A DNA stretch of 34,814 bases from Pseudonocardia sp. GTDB taxonomy: Bacteria > Actinomycetota > Actinomycetes > Mycobacteriales > Pseudonocardiaceae. Shown in pieces: positions 27,935 through 34,814 of the stretch. The stretch is from NCBI GenBank assembly GCA_035645455.1, contig DASQMQ010000339.1:1-34814 (forward strand), read 5' to 3'. The position numbers and the translations under genes are program-made. The notes beneath the pieces were generated by a model. The model ran no database searches, was not told where the DNA came from, and saw only the letters and a list, made by a program, of their open reading frames with translations. Position 1 is the first letter of the stretch, and every line of letters starts with the position of its first letter.

Positions 27935-29026
27935 CAGCCACTGGTTGCGGCGGAACACCCGGAACAGCGTGATGCAGATGGTGGCGATCACCAGCAGCAC
28001 CAGCGGGTAGCCGTAGCGCCACTGCAGCTCGGGCATGTAGTCGAAGTTCATCCCGTAGATGCCGGCGATCATCGTGGGCACCGTGATGATCGCCGCGTAG
28101 GAGGTGATCCGGCGCATGTCGTTGTTCTGGCGCATGGTGGTCTTCGCCAGCACCGCCTGGACCAGCGAGGACAACAGCTCGTTGAAGCCGGCCACCCGCT
28201 CGGTCACGGTGACCAGGTGGTCGTCGACGTCGCGGAAGTAGGAGCGCACGTCGTGCGGCACCAGCGAGCTGTAGCCCTCGGTCAGCTTGCGCAGCGGCGC
28301 GCCCAGCGGCGCCACCGCCCGGCGCAGCTCCAGCACCTCGCGCTTCATCACGTAGATCTGCTCGGCGTCCATCGTCGAGCGCGGGGTGAACACCTCGCGC
28401 TCCATCTCCTCGATGTCGTCCTCGATGGCCTCGGTGACGTCGAGGTAGGTGTCGACCACCCGGTCGGCGATGGCGTGCAGCACCGCGGCCGGGCCCAGCG
28501 CCAGCTGCTCGGGGTCGGCCTCCAGGCGCCGGCGGACCTCGCGCAGCGAGGAGTGCTTGCCGTGCCGCACGGTGATCACGAAGTCGGTGCCCACGAAGAC
28601 CATCACCTCACCGGTCTCGATGATCTCGTGCGCGGTGGTGGGCTGGGCGTGGCCGACGTAGCTGACCGGCTTGAGCACCATGAACAGGGTGTTGTCGTAG
28701 CGCTCGAGCTTGGGCCGCTGGTGGGCCTGCACGGCGTCCTCGACGGCCAGTTCGTGCAGGTCGAACACGTCGGCGATGCCGGTGATCTGCTCGGCGTCCG
28801 GCTCGTGCAGGCCGATCCAGACGAATCCCTCGCCGCGCCGGCGGACCTCGGCCAGCGCCTCGTCGTGGGCCCACCGGCCGGGCAGCCGGCGACCGTCGAG
28901 GTAGACCGCGCAGTCCACGACGTAGCGCGCGATCGGCACGCGCAGCTTGGGCAGCATGTCGGGCTTGGGGGAGCGACGGACGCCGGCCGCACGGATGGCG
29001 GGACGGATCGCGGACAGGGGTGGCAC
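27932..29026 (-). CDS. corA: Magnesium/cobalt transporter CorA
   Basis: FVWIGLHEP, HELAVED, QRPKLERY, YFRDV.DH, AGIYGMNF..MPEL; GGAGGT SD favours GTG 29026. Confidence 0.95.
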   Translation of the reverse strand: MPPLSAIRPAIRAAGVRRSPKPDMLPKLRVPIARYVVDCAVYLDGRRLPGRWAHDEALAEVRRRGEGFVWIGLHEPDAEQITGIADVFDLHELAVEDAVQAHQRPKLERYDNTLFMVLKPVSYVGHAQPTTAHEIIETGEVMVFVGTDFVITVRHGKHSSLREVRRRLEADPEQLALGPAAVLHAIADRVVDTYLDVTEAIEDDIEEMEREVFTPRSTMDAEQIYVMKREVLELRRAVAPLGAPLRKLTEGYSSLVPHDVRSYFRDVDDHLVTVTERVAGFNELLSSLVQAVLAKTTMRQNNDMRRITSYAAIITVPTMIAGIYGMNFDYMPELQWRYGYPLVLLVIATICITLFRVFRRNQWL

Positions 29027-29031
29027 GGGAT

Positions 29032-29222
29032 TCACCTCCGGGTGGGGACGCGCGAGCGGACTCGCGGTACGGGCTGAGCTCGCGTCCCACTCGGGGTGAC
29101 CGTCAGCGGGCCACCGGATCGGGAACGCGGCGTCTACTGCAACCGGGTGCCGTCGGCACCGCGCTCACCTCCTGCCCTGTGCTCGGGACCACCTGCTGAT
29201 CGGGTGGTCGCGGGCTAGATTA
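29032..29222 (-). promoter_or_regulatory. Structured corA 5' leader with uORF and SD-sequestering hairpin
   Basis: TAATCT -10 at 29217-29222; hairpin 29187-29209; hairpin over the uORF start 29146-29160; long stem 29032-29099 includes the corA SD. Confidence 0.6.
29103..29159 (-). CDS. Putative corA leader peptide MPTAPGCSRRRVPDPVAR
   Basis: AGGAGGTGA SD just upstream of GTG 29159; TGA at 29103-29105. Confidence 0.5.
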   Translation of the reverse strand: MPTAPGCSRRRVPDPVAR

Positions 29223-29260
29223 CCCCTCGGTCTTGCCCATCGGCGCGGGAGGCGACGGCG

Positions 29261-29764
29261 TTGCAGTTCGGTCGGTACTTCGAGGAGTTCGAGATCGGCG
29301 CGGTCTACAAGCACTGGCCGGGGAAGACGGTCACCGAGTACGACGACCACCTGTTCTGCCTGCTCACGATGAACCACCACCCGCTGCACCTGGACGCCCA
29401 CTACGCCGCGGAGACCACCGACTTCCAGCGCAACGTGGTGGTCGGCAACTACGTCTACTCGCTGCTGCTGGGCATGTCGGTGCCCGACGTGTCCGGCAAG
29501 GCGATCGCGAACCTCGAGGTCGAGTCGCTGCGCCACACCAAGCCGACCTTCCACGGCGACACCATCTACGGCGAGACCGAGGTGCTGGACAAGACGCCGT
29601 CGAAGTCCAAGGACGACCGCGGCGTGGTCCACGTCGAGACCCGCGGCTACAAGCAGGACGGCACCGTGGTGTGCACCTTCCGGCGCAAGGTCATGGTCCC
29701 CACCCGGGCCTACGGCGACCGCCGCGGCGGCGAGCAGCCGGGTCGACCGGAACCGGCCTCGTGA
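29261..29764 (+). CDS. MaoC family dehydratase (mesaconyl-CoA hydratase-like)
   Basis: QFGRYFEEFE.GAVYKHWPGKTVTEYDDHLFCLLTMNHHPLH, PTFHGDT; TTG start with GGAGG SD. Confidence 0.88.
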   Translation: MQFGRYFEEFEIGAVYKHWPGKTVTEYDDHLFCLLTMNHHPLHLDAHYAAETTDFQRNVVVGNYVYSLLLGMSVPDVSGKAIANLEVESLRHTKPTFHGDTIYGETEVLDKTPSKSKDDRGVVHVETRGYKQDGTVVCTFRRKVMVPTRAYGDRRGGEQPGRPEPAS

Positions 29765-29804
29765 TGGTGGCGGACAGCCCTGATCGTGCTCGGCGTGAGT
29801 CTGC

Positions 29805-30200
29805 TCACTCCGGCAGGGCGCCCCAACCGGCGAGCGTCTCGGTGAGCCCCGGTACGAGCAGGAGCCGGTCGAGGTCGGCGAGCGCGCACCAGCGCGCGTC
29901 CAGGGCGTCGTCCCCGGCCAGCAGGGTGCCCCCGAGCACGGTGCACCGGTAGTCGCGGATGTCGAACGGTCCGCGCCGGACCCGGCCGACGAGCGGGCCG
30001 GGTCGGACCACCAGTCCGGTCTCCTCGGCCATCTCCCGCACCAGCGCCGTGGCGTCGTCCTCGCCCGGTTCGACCCGGCCGCCGGGGACCGACCACCGGC
30101 CGCGGCCGGGCTCGTTGGCGCGCCGCACGAGCAGCAGCCGGCCTGCCTCGTCGTAGGCCAGACCGCCCACACAGCGGATGGCGTCATCACTGCGCGTCAT
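29805..30200 (-). CDS. NUDIX hydrolase
   Basis: WSVPGGRVEPGE...ALVREMAEETGL Nudix box; TAGGGT before ATG 30200. Confidence 0.9.
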   Translation of the reverse strand: MTRSDDAIRCVGGLAYDEAGRLLLVRRANEPGRGRWSVPGGRVEPGEDDATALVREMAEETGLVVRPGPLVGRVRRGPFDIRDYRCTVLGGTLLAGDDALDARWCALADLDRLLLVPGLTETLAGWGALPE

Positions 30201-30313
30201 GACGGCCCACCCTACGAGACCTCGGCGCGGGATACCGCGCGCCGCGTGCCGTCTGTAGATTGGACGACGCTGGTCGTCCCGCAGCTCAAGAACGATCAAG
30301 AACGGTGGTATCG

Positions 30314-30472
30314 GTGAACGTGAAGAGGATCGTCGGGCTCCTCGCGATAGCGTTGCTGATCTTCTTCGTGATCACCCAGCCCGGTGCGGCAGCCACCTCG
30401 GTGCAGAACGTCGGCGACACCCTGCGCGACGCCGCGACGTCCATCACCACCTTCTTCACCGCGCTGGTGTAG
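30314..30472 (+). CDS. Small membrane protein, 52 aa
   Basis: Basic N-terminus, TM helix ending ITQP..AA, amphipathic tail; ends 3 nt before the PH-domain gene. Confidence 0.75.
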   Translation: MNVKRIVGLLAIALLIFFVITQPGAAATSVQNVGDTLRDAATSITTFFTALV

Positions 30473-30475
30473 CCC

Positions 30476-31012
30476 GTGCTCGCACCCCGCGAGATCGACG
30501 AGTACCTGCTGCCGACCGAGCGCAGGGTCATCCGGGTGCGCCAGCACTGGGCGGTGATGCTCAAGGACCTCATCCTGACCGGGCTGTTCCTGCTGGTCCT
30601 GGTGGTCGCCGAGCGTTACCTGCCGGACAGCGTGCTGATCGACAACATCACGTTCTACCTGGCGCTGGTGGCCGTGCTGCGGTTCACCGTGCTGACCATC
30701 CTGTGGTGGGTCGAGCGGATCGTGATCACCGACAAGCGGGTCATGCTGGCCCAGGGGATCATCGTGCACAACGTGGGCATGATGCCGCTGGGCAAGGTCA
30801 CCGACCTGACGTTCCAGCGGTCGGTCGGCGGGCGCATGCTCGGCTACGGCACCCTGATCGTGGAGTCGGCCGGCCAGATCCAGGCCCTCAACAAGATCGA
30901 CTACATGCCCCGCCCGGAGGAGGTCTACGAGGCCCTCTCCGAACTGGTGTTCGGGGAGAAGGGCAAGACCCGGGCCACCGGCCTGCTCGCCCGTCCGCGC
31001 TGGCGCCGCTGA
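30476..31012 (+). CDS. Bacterial PH domain (bPH_2) membrane protein
   Basis: YLLPTER..RQHW, two TM helices, ITDKRV, MPLGKVTD, GRMLGYGT..VESAG. Confidence 0.88.
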   Translation: MLAPREIDEYLLPTERRVIRVRQHWAVMLKDLILTGLFLLVLVVAERYLPDSVLIDNITFYLALVAVLRFTVLTILWWVERIVITDKRVMLAQGIIVHNVGMMPLGKVTDLTFQRSVGGRMLGYGTLIVESAGQIQALNKIDYMPRPEEVYEALSELVFGEKGKTRATGLLARPRWRR

Positions 31013-31043
31013 CCCTGCGGCCCTGACCCGACGGCCCTGACCC
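31009..31043 (+). repeat. 3x 14-bp CTGACCC-containing repeat starting at a stop codon
   Basis: CTGACCC at 31009, 31023 and 31037. Confidence 0.75.
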
Positions 31044-31095
31044 GGTCGTGCGCGCAACGCGGCCGGCCGGCGGGTGCCGGGTTAGCCTCGGTCGC

Positions 31096-31971
31096 GTGCC
31101 CGCGCCCGTGATCGACCTGCACACCCACTCCACCGCCTCGGACGGCACCGACACCCCGGCCGGCCTGGTGGCCGTGGCGGCGGCGGCCGGCGTCGACGTC
31201 CTGGCGATCACCGACCACGACACCACGGGCGGCTGGGCGGCGGCGGTGGCGGCGCTGCCGCCGGGGATGCGGCTGGTGCGCGGCGCGGAGTTCTCCTGCG
31301 TCAGCCCGACCGGCCGGGACGACCCGGACGTGGCGGTGCACCTGCTGGGCTACCTGTTCGACCCGACCCACGAGGCGATCAGCCGCGAGCAGGCCCGGCT
31401 GCGCGACGAGCGCACCCACCGGCTGCGCGCGATGACCGGGAAGATGGCCGCCGACGGCTACCCGGTCGACCCGGACACCGTGCTCGCCCTGCTGCCGGAG
31501 GGCACCAGCGCCGGACGACCGCACCTGGCCCGCGCGCTGGTCTCGGCGGGCGTGGTCGCCTCGGTGGACGAGGCGTTCGGCACCCTGCTCTACACCGGCA
31601 GCCCCTACTACGTGCCCAAGGTCGACACCCCGGTGCGCGCCGCGATCGCCATGGTCCGCGAGGCGGGCGGGGTGGCCGTGTTCGCCCACCCGCTGGCCCG
31701 CCGCCGGGGCCGGGTCGTCGAGCCGACGGTGATCGCCGACCTGGCCGCGGCCGGGCTGGCCGGGGTCGAGGTCGACCACCCCGACCACGCGCCCGAGGAC
31801 CGCGAGCTGCTCCGTGCGCTGGCCGGCGCGCACGGTCTGGTCGCCACCGGCTCCAGCGACTACCACGGCACGAACAAGACCACGCCCATCGCCGCCGAGC
31901 GCACCGCGGCGCCGGCCCTGCAGGAGCTGCTCGACCGGGCCACGGGCATCGAGGTGGCCACGGCGCGATAG
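31096..31971 (+). CDS. PHP domain phosphoesterase (TrpH/YciV-like)
   Basis: IDLHTHSTASDG, AITDHDT, VHLLGY, GRPHLA, FAHP, GSSDYHG; TAGCCT lies 7 nt before GTG. Confidence 0.92.
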   Translation: MPAPVIDLHTHSTASDGTDTPAGLVAVAAAAGVDVLAITDHDTTGGWAAAVAALPPGMRLVRGAEFSCVSPTGRDDPDVAVHLLGYLFDPTHEAISREQARLRDERTHRLRAMTGKMAADGYPVDPDTVLALLPEGTSAGRPHLARALVSAGVVASVDEAFGTLLYTGSPYYVPKVDTPVRAAIAMVREAGGVAVFAHPLARRRGRVVEPTVIADLAAAGLAGVEVDHPDHAPEDRELLRALAGAHGLVATGSSDYHGTNKTTPIAAERTAAPALQELLDRATGIEVATAR

Positions 31972-31981
31972 CGTGGCCCGG

Positions 31982-32821
31982 GTGGACGGCGGTGCGCAGC
32001 TCGGGCTCGACTTCGATACCGTCCGCCTGATCAAGGTCACCCCGTCCCGGCTGGCCACCTGGACGGACTGCCCGCGCCGCTACCGGATGACCTACCTGGA
32101 CCGGCCGCCACCGCCGCGCGGTGGGGCGCAGGCCGCCAGCACCCTCGGTGCGGTCGTGCACCTGGCCCTGCGGGCCCTGTTCGACCTGCCGCCGGCCGGG
32201 CGCACCCGGGCCGCCGCCGCGGCGCTGGTCGACCGGCACTGGTCGGCGGAGGGCTTCCGGGACGACGAGCAGGCCGCCGATCACCGGGAGCGGGCCCGCG
32301 GCTGGGTCGCCGAGTACGCCGCCGACCTGGACCCGGACGTCGAGCCGGTGGGCCGCGAGCAGTGGGTGTCGGTGTCCACCGAGCGGATCGTGGCCGGGGG
32401 CCGGGTCGACCGGATCGACCGGCGCGGCGACGAGCTGGTGGTCGTGGACTACAAGACCGGGCGCCGCGAGCCCACCGAGCAGGACGCGGCGACCGCCCCG
32501 GCGCTCGCGCTGTACGCGCTGGCCACCGAGCGCACCCTGCGCCGGCCCTGCCGCCAGGTCGAGCTGCACCACCTGCCCAGCGGTGGGGTGCACGCCTGGC
32601 GACACGACCGGCCCGGCCTCGCCGCGCACCTGCACCGGGCCGAGACCACCGCGGCCGAGCTGGCCGACGCCGCTGACGCGCTGGCCTGCGGGGGCGACCG
32701 GGAGGCGCTGTTCCCGCCCCGGCCCGCCCCCCGCTGCGGGTCCTGCGACGTGCGCCGCCACTGCCCGGAAGGGCGGGCGGCCGCCCCGGAGGCGCCGCCG
32801 TGGGCGCAGCTCGCGCCGTGA
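31982..32821 (+). CDS. RecB-family PD-(D/E)XK nuclease with probable 4Fe-4S cluster
   Basis: TPSRL..W.DCPRRY, GRVDRID, VVDYKTG, C-terminal CGSC-x5-C; TAGCGT lies 7 nt before GTG. Confidence 0.87.
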   Translation: MDGGAQLGLDFDTVRLIKVTPSRLATWTDCPRRYRMTYLDRPPPPRGGAQAASTLGAVVHLALRALFDLPPAGRTRAAAAALVDRHWSAEGFRDDEQAADHRERARGWVAEYAADLDPDVEPVGREQWVSVSTERIVAGGRVDRIDRRGDELVVVDYKTGRREPTEQDAATAPALALYALATERTLRRPCRQVELHHLPSGGVHAWRHDRPGLAAHLHRAETTAAELADAADALACGGDREALFPPRPAPRCGSCDVRRHCPEGRAAAPEAPPWAQLAP

Positions 32822-33093
32822 CCGCCGGCCGGGTGCTGCGCGGGCTGTCCGGGGTCCTGGCCGGCGGCCTGGTCGTGCTGCTCGCCGCGCTGGGGGTCGC
32901 GTGGTACCTCGCCGGCCGCGAGGGCAGCCCCGGACCGGGCACCGGGATGCTGGTCTGGCACCTGGTCGCGGTGGTCGTGGCCGTACCGGCGCAGCTCTAC
33001 GCCGATCGTCGGGCCGGGCCGCGCGGGACCGCGGCGGCACTGGCGGTGCTGGCCACCGCGGCGCTGGTGCTCACGTCCCAGTGGTTCGCCTGA
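32818..33093 (+). CDS. Small three-TM membrane protein
   Basis: Hydrophobic helices with PGPG..LVWH; GTGA overlap with the nuclease stop. Confidence 0.75.
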   Translation: MTAGRVLRGLSGVLAGGLVVLLAALGVAWYLAGREGSPGPGTGMLVWHLVAVVVAVPAQLYADRRAGPRGTAAALAVLATAALVLTSQWFA

Positions 33094-33117
33094 GCCCCGG
33101 CTCCCGGACGGCCCCGC

Positions 33118-34359
33118 TCAGCCCGGGCGCAGCGCCACCAGCTCGGCTCCGCGCTGCTCCAGCAGGACCTCACCGGCCGACTCCAGCTGCACCGGCGCCG
33201 CCGGGTCGGCCCGCTCGACGGGCAGGGTGCGCAGCACCGCCCCGGTCGTCGCGTCCAGCTCGGCCAGACCGGCGGGGACCGGGACCAGCACGCTGCCGCC
33301 GTAGCGCAGGGCCGTGCCGAGCGTGCCCGGCACCGTCCACACCGGGGTGAGCGTCGTGCCGTCCAGGGCGATGGTGCGGCTGCCGGTCCACCAGTACACC
33401 CGCTCCGCGCCCGAGCGCACGACGGCCGCGCCACCGGGCGGGTCGGCGGCCAGGTCGGCATCCGGCAGGTCCAGGGCGACGGTGTCCAGCACGGCGCCGG
33501 TGCGGTCGAGGACCAGCAGCCGGGGCGGCCCCGGGAGAGCGACCGCGGCGCGCTCCGCGCTCAGCGCGAGCAGGACGGCGCCCCGGCCGGGCAGCGCCAC
33601 CGAGAACTCCTCCTGCGGCTGGTCGGCGCCCTCGGAGCCGTCCGGGGCCAGCACCGTCAGCCGGTCGGTGGCCTCCCCGGGGCACCGCTCCAGCACCCCG
33701 ATCCGGCCGGCGACCAGCGCGGTCGAACCGTGCGCGCACCCCGGGCGGGGCTGGCGGTCCGGCTGCGCCGGGGCGCTGACCAGCCCGTACTCCAGGGTCT
33801 TGACCAGGTCGGAGCGCAGCGCCTCGAGGTAGTCCGGGCCGGTCCCGACGACCGAGGTGCCGGCGGCCAGCAACCGCGCACCGGGCCGGATGTCGGGGTT
33901 GGCGGCGGCCCGGCGGAGCCCGGTGTCGGGGCGCAGCGCGGTCAGCTCGCTGCACCAGCCGGACATGCCCGCGTACAGGGCGAGGACCCGGCCGACGCCG
34001 TCGTCGGCGGCCGGGAAGCCGGCGGCCGCGGTGCACAGCGGCACGTCCCGGGAGTACGACCACACCTCGGCCCCGGTGACCGCGTCGCGGCCGGTGACGG
34101 TGGACCCGTCGGCGGTGGTGACGGCCGGACCGGACACCACCGGGACCGGAGTGGCCGCGCTGGGCGCCCGCCAGACCTCGACGAATGCCGCCGGCACACC
34201 GTCGGCCGCGGGCGGGGCGACGGCCGGGGCGGTCGCGGCGTCCGCGGACGTCCCGGCGACCTCGCCGGTGGCCCACAGCACCGATCCCGCGATGGCCAGC
34301 GCAACGGCCAGCGCCGCCGCGGTGACCAGGTCACCGCGACGGCGACGTTCCGGACGCAC
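33118..34359 (-). CDS. Rv3212-like PQQ-like beta-propeller membrane-anchored protein
   Basis: RPERRRRGD + TM, WSYSRDVPLC, CSELTAL, LRSDLVKTLEYG, LLEQRG.ELVAL. Confidence 0.82.
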   Translation of the reverse strand: MRPERRRRGDLVTAAALAVALAIAGSVLWATGEVAGTSADAATAPAVAPPAADGVPAAFVEVWRAPSAATPVPVVSGPAVTTADGSTVTGRDAVTGAEVWSYSRDVPLCTAAAGFPAADDGVGRVLALYAGMSGWCSELTALRPDTGLRRAAANPDIRPGARLLAAGTSVVGTGPDYLEALRSDLVKTLEYGLVSAPAQPDRQPRPGCAHGSTALVAGRIGVLERCPGEATDRLTVLAPDGSEGADQPQEEFSVALPGRGAVLLALSAERAAVALPGPPRLLVLDRTGAVLDTVALDLPDADLAADPPGGAAVVRSGAERVYWWTGSRTIALDGTTLTPVWTVPGTLGTALRYGGSVLVPVPAGLAELDATTGAVLRTLPVERADPAAPVQLESAGEVLLEQRGAELVALRPG

Positions 34360-34370
34360 CGACCCGCTGA

Positions 34371-34814
34371 TCAGCTGGCGGCGGCGTCCGCGCCGGCGGA
34401 CTCCTGCCCGGCGCTCTCGCCGTTGCCGCCGGACCGGCCGCGACCACCGCGACGGCGCCGACGGCGGGGGCGGCTGTCCTCCGGCCGGGTGCCGCCGGCG
34501 ATCGATCCCCCGGCGGTCGGCTCCGCGCCGTTGCCGGCGGGCCCGGTCGCAGCGGCCTCGGCCGGCGCGGGGTCCACTACCGCGGTGGCGGTGCCGGTGG
34601 TGCCGGTGTCGGCGTCGGTGCCCTCGGCGGACACCCCGCCCCGGCTGCGGGTGCGGGTGCGCTCCCGGGGCTGGCGGCGCGGGACCACCACGTCCTCGTC
34701 CTTGCGGCCGGTGCGCTTGTCCGAGCGTCGGCGGCCGCCGTGGTCGAGCTCGGGGTCGACGTACTCGGCGTCCAGCCCGGCCCGGGTGCGCTGCGAGCGG
34801 GGCAGCCGGCCGGC
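34371..34814 (-). CDS. C-terminal part of a DEAD/DEAH-box RNA helicase (Rv3211-like), partial
   Basis: Frame is open to the window edge: GRLPRSQRTRAGLDAE followed by an Arg-rich disordered tail; Rv3211-Rv3212 order. Helicase core lies outside the window. Confidence 0.7.
   Translation of the reverse strand, partial: AGRLPRSQRTRAGLDAEYVDPELDHGGRRRSDKRTGRKDEDVVVPRRQPRERTRTRSRGGVSAEGTDADTGTTGTATAVVDPAPAEAAATGPAGNGAEPTAGGSIAGGTRPEDSRPRRRRRRGGRGRSGGNGESAGQESAGADAAAS

Noticed and set aside
26045-29077. 1010-aa ORF and other long alternative-frame ORFs (e.g. 3233..5035, 15829..17688, 21385..23319, 25368..27551)
   Set aside because: Arg/Gly/Pro/Ala-rich shadows overlapping well-supported genes; expected in high-GC DNA where stops are rare; no motifs.
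31982-32821. Cas4 or phage-defence nuclease
   Set aside because: No array or cas/defence partners; composition and context match core genome.

Overview
High-GC actinobacterial chromosome segment. The gene order fits a Pseudonocardiaceae member such as Pseudonocardia; this is an inference. Most of it is core genome, collinear with M. tuberculosis Rv1207-Rv1239c: folP end, gpgS, DivIVA-domain, SRPBCC, tagA, DUF3117, glgM/glgA, glgC, O-methyltransferase, sigE-rseA-htrA-tatB, mrp, DUF1003, MgtE-N, Rv1234-like, lpqY-sugABC, corA. It continues with MaoC, NUDIX, PH-domain, PHP, a RecB-like nuclease, an Rv3212-like gene and the 3' end of a DEAD-box helicase. No rRNA, tRNA, CRISPR array or transposase is visible. 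The most interesting signals are non-coding or very small. (1) A leaderless 12-codon Pro-Pro-Pro uORF with alternative hairpins and a hidden Shine-Dalgarno (SD) sits upstream of an EamA transporter. (2) A structured corA leader has an 18-codon uORF whose stop abuts a long hairpin covering the corA SD. (3) A divergent CGNR zinc-finger / 66-aa Cys-His microprotein pair has a duplicated 29-bp GTAA-N12-CTTCA-N4-TTAC box over both start codons. (4) Orphan crtT/crtV-like genes flank a decayed phosphotransferase fragment. (5) Three lower ethylmalonyl-CoA-pathway-like genes are split across about 10 kb. (6) Tandem repeats begin at stop codons at four loci. All family calls come from recognising motifs by eye; no database searches were run.
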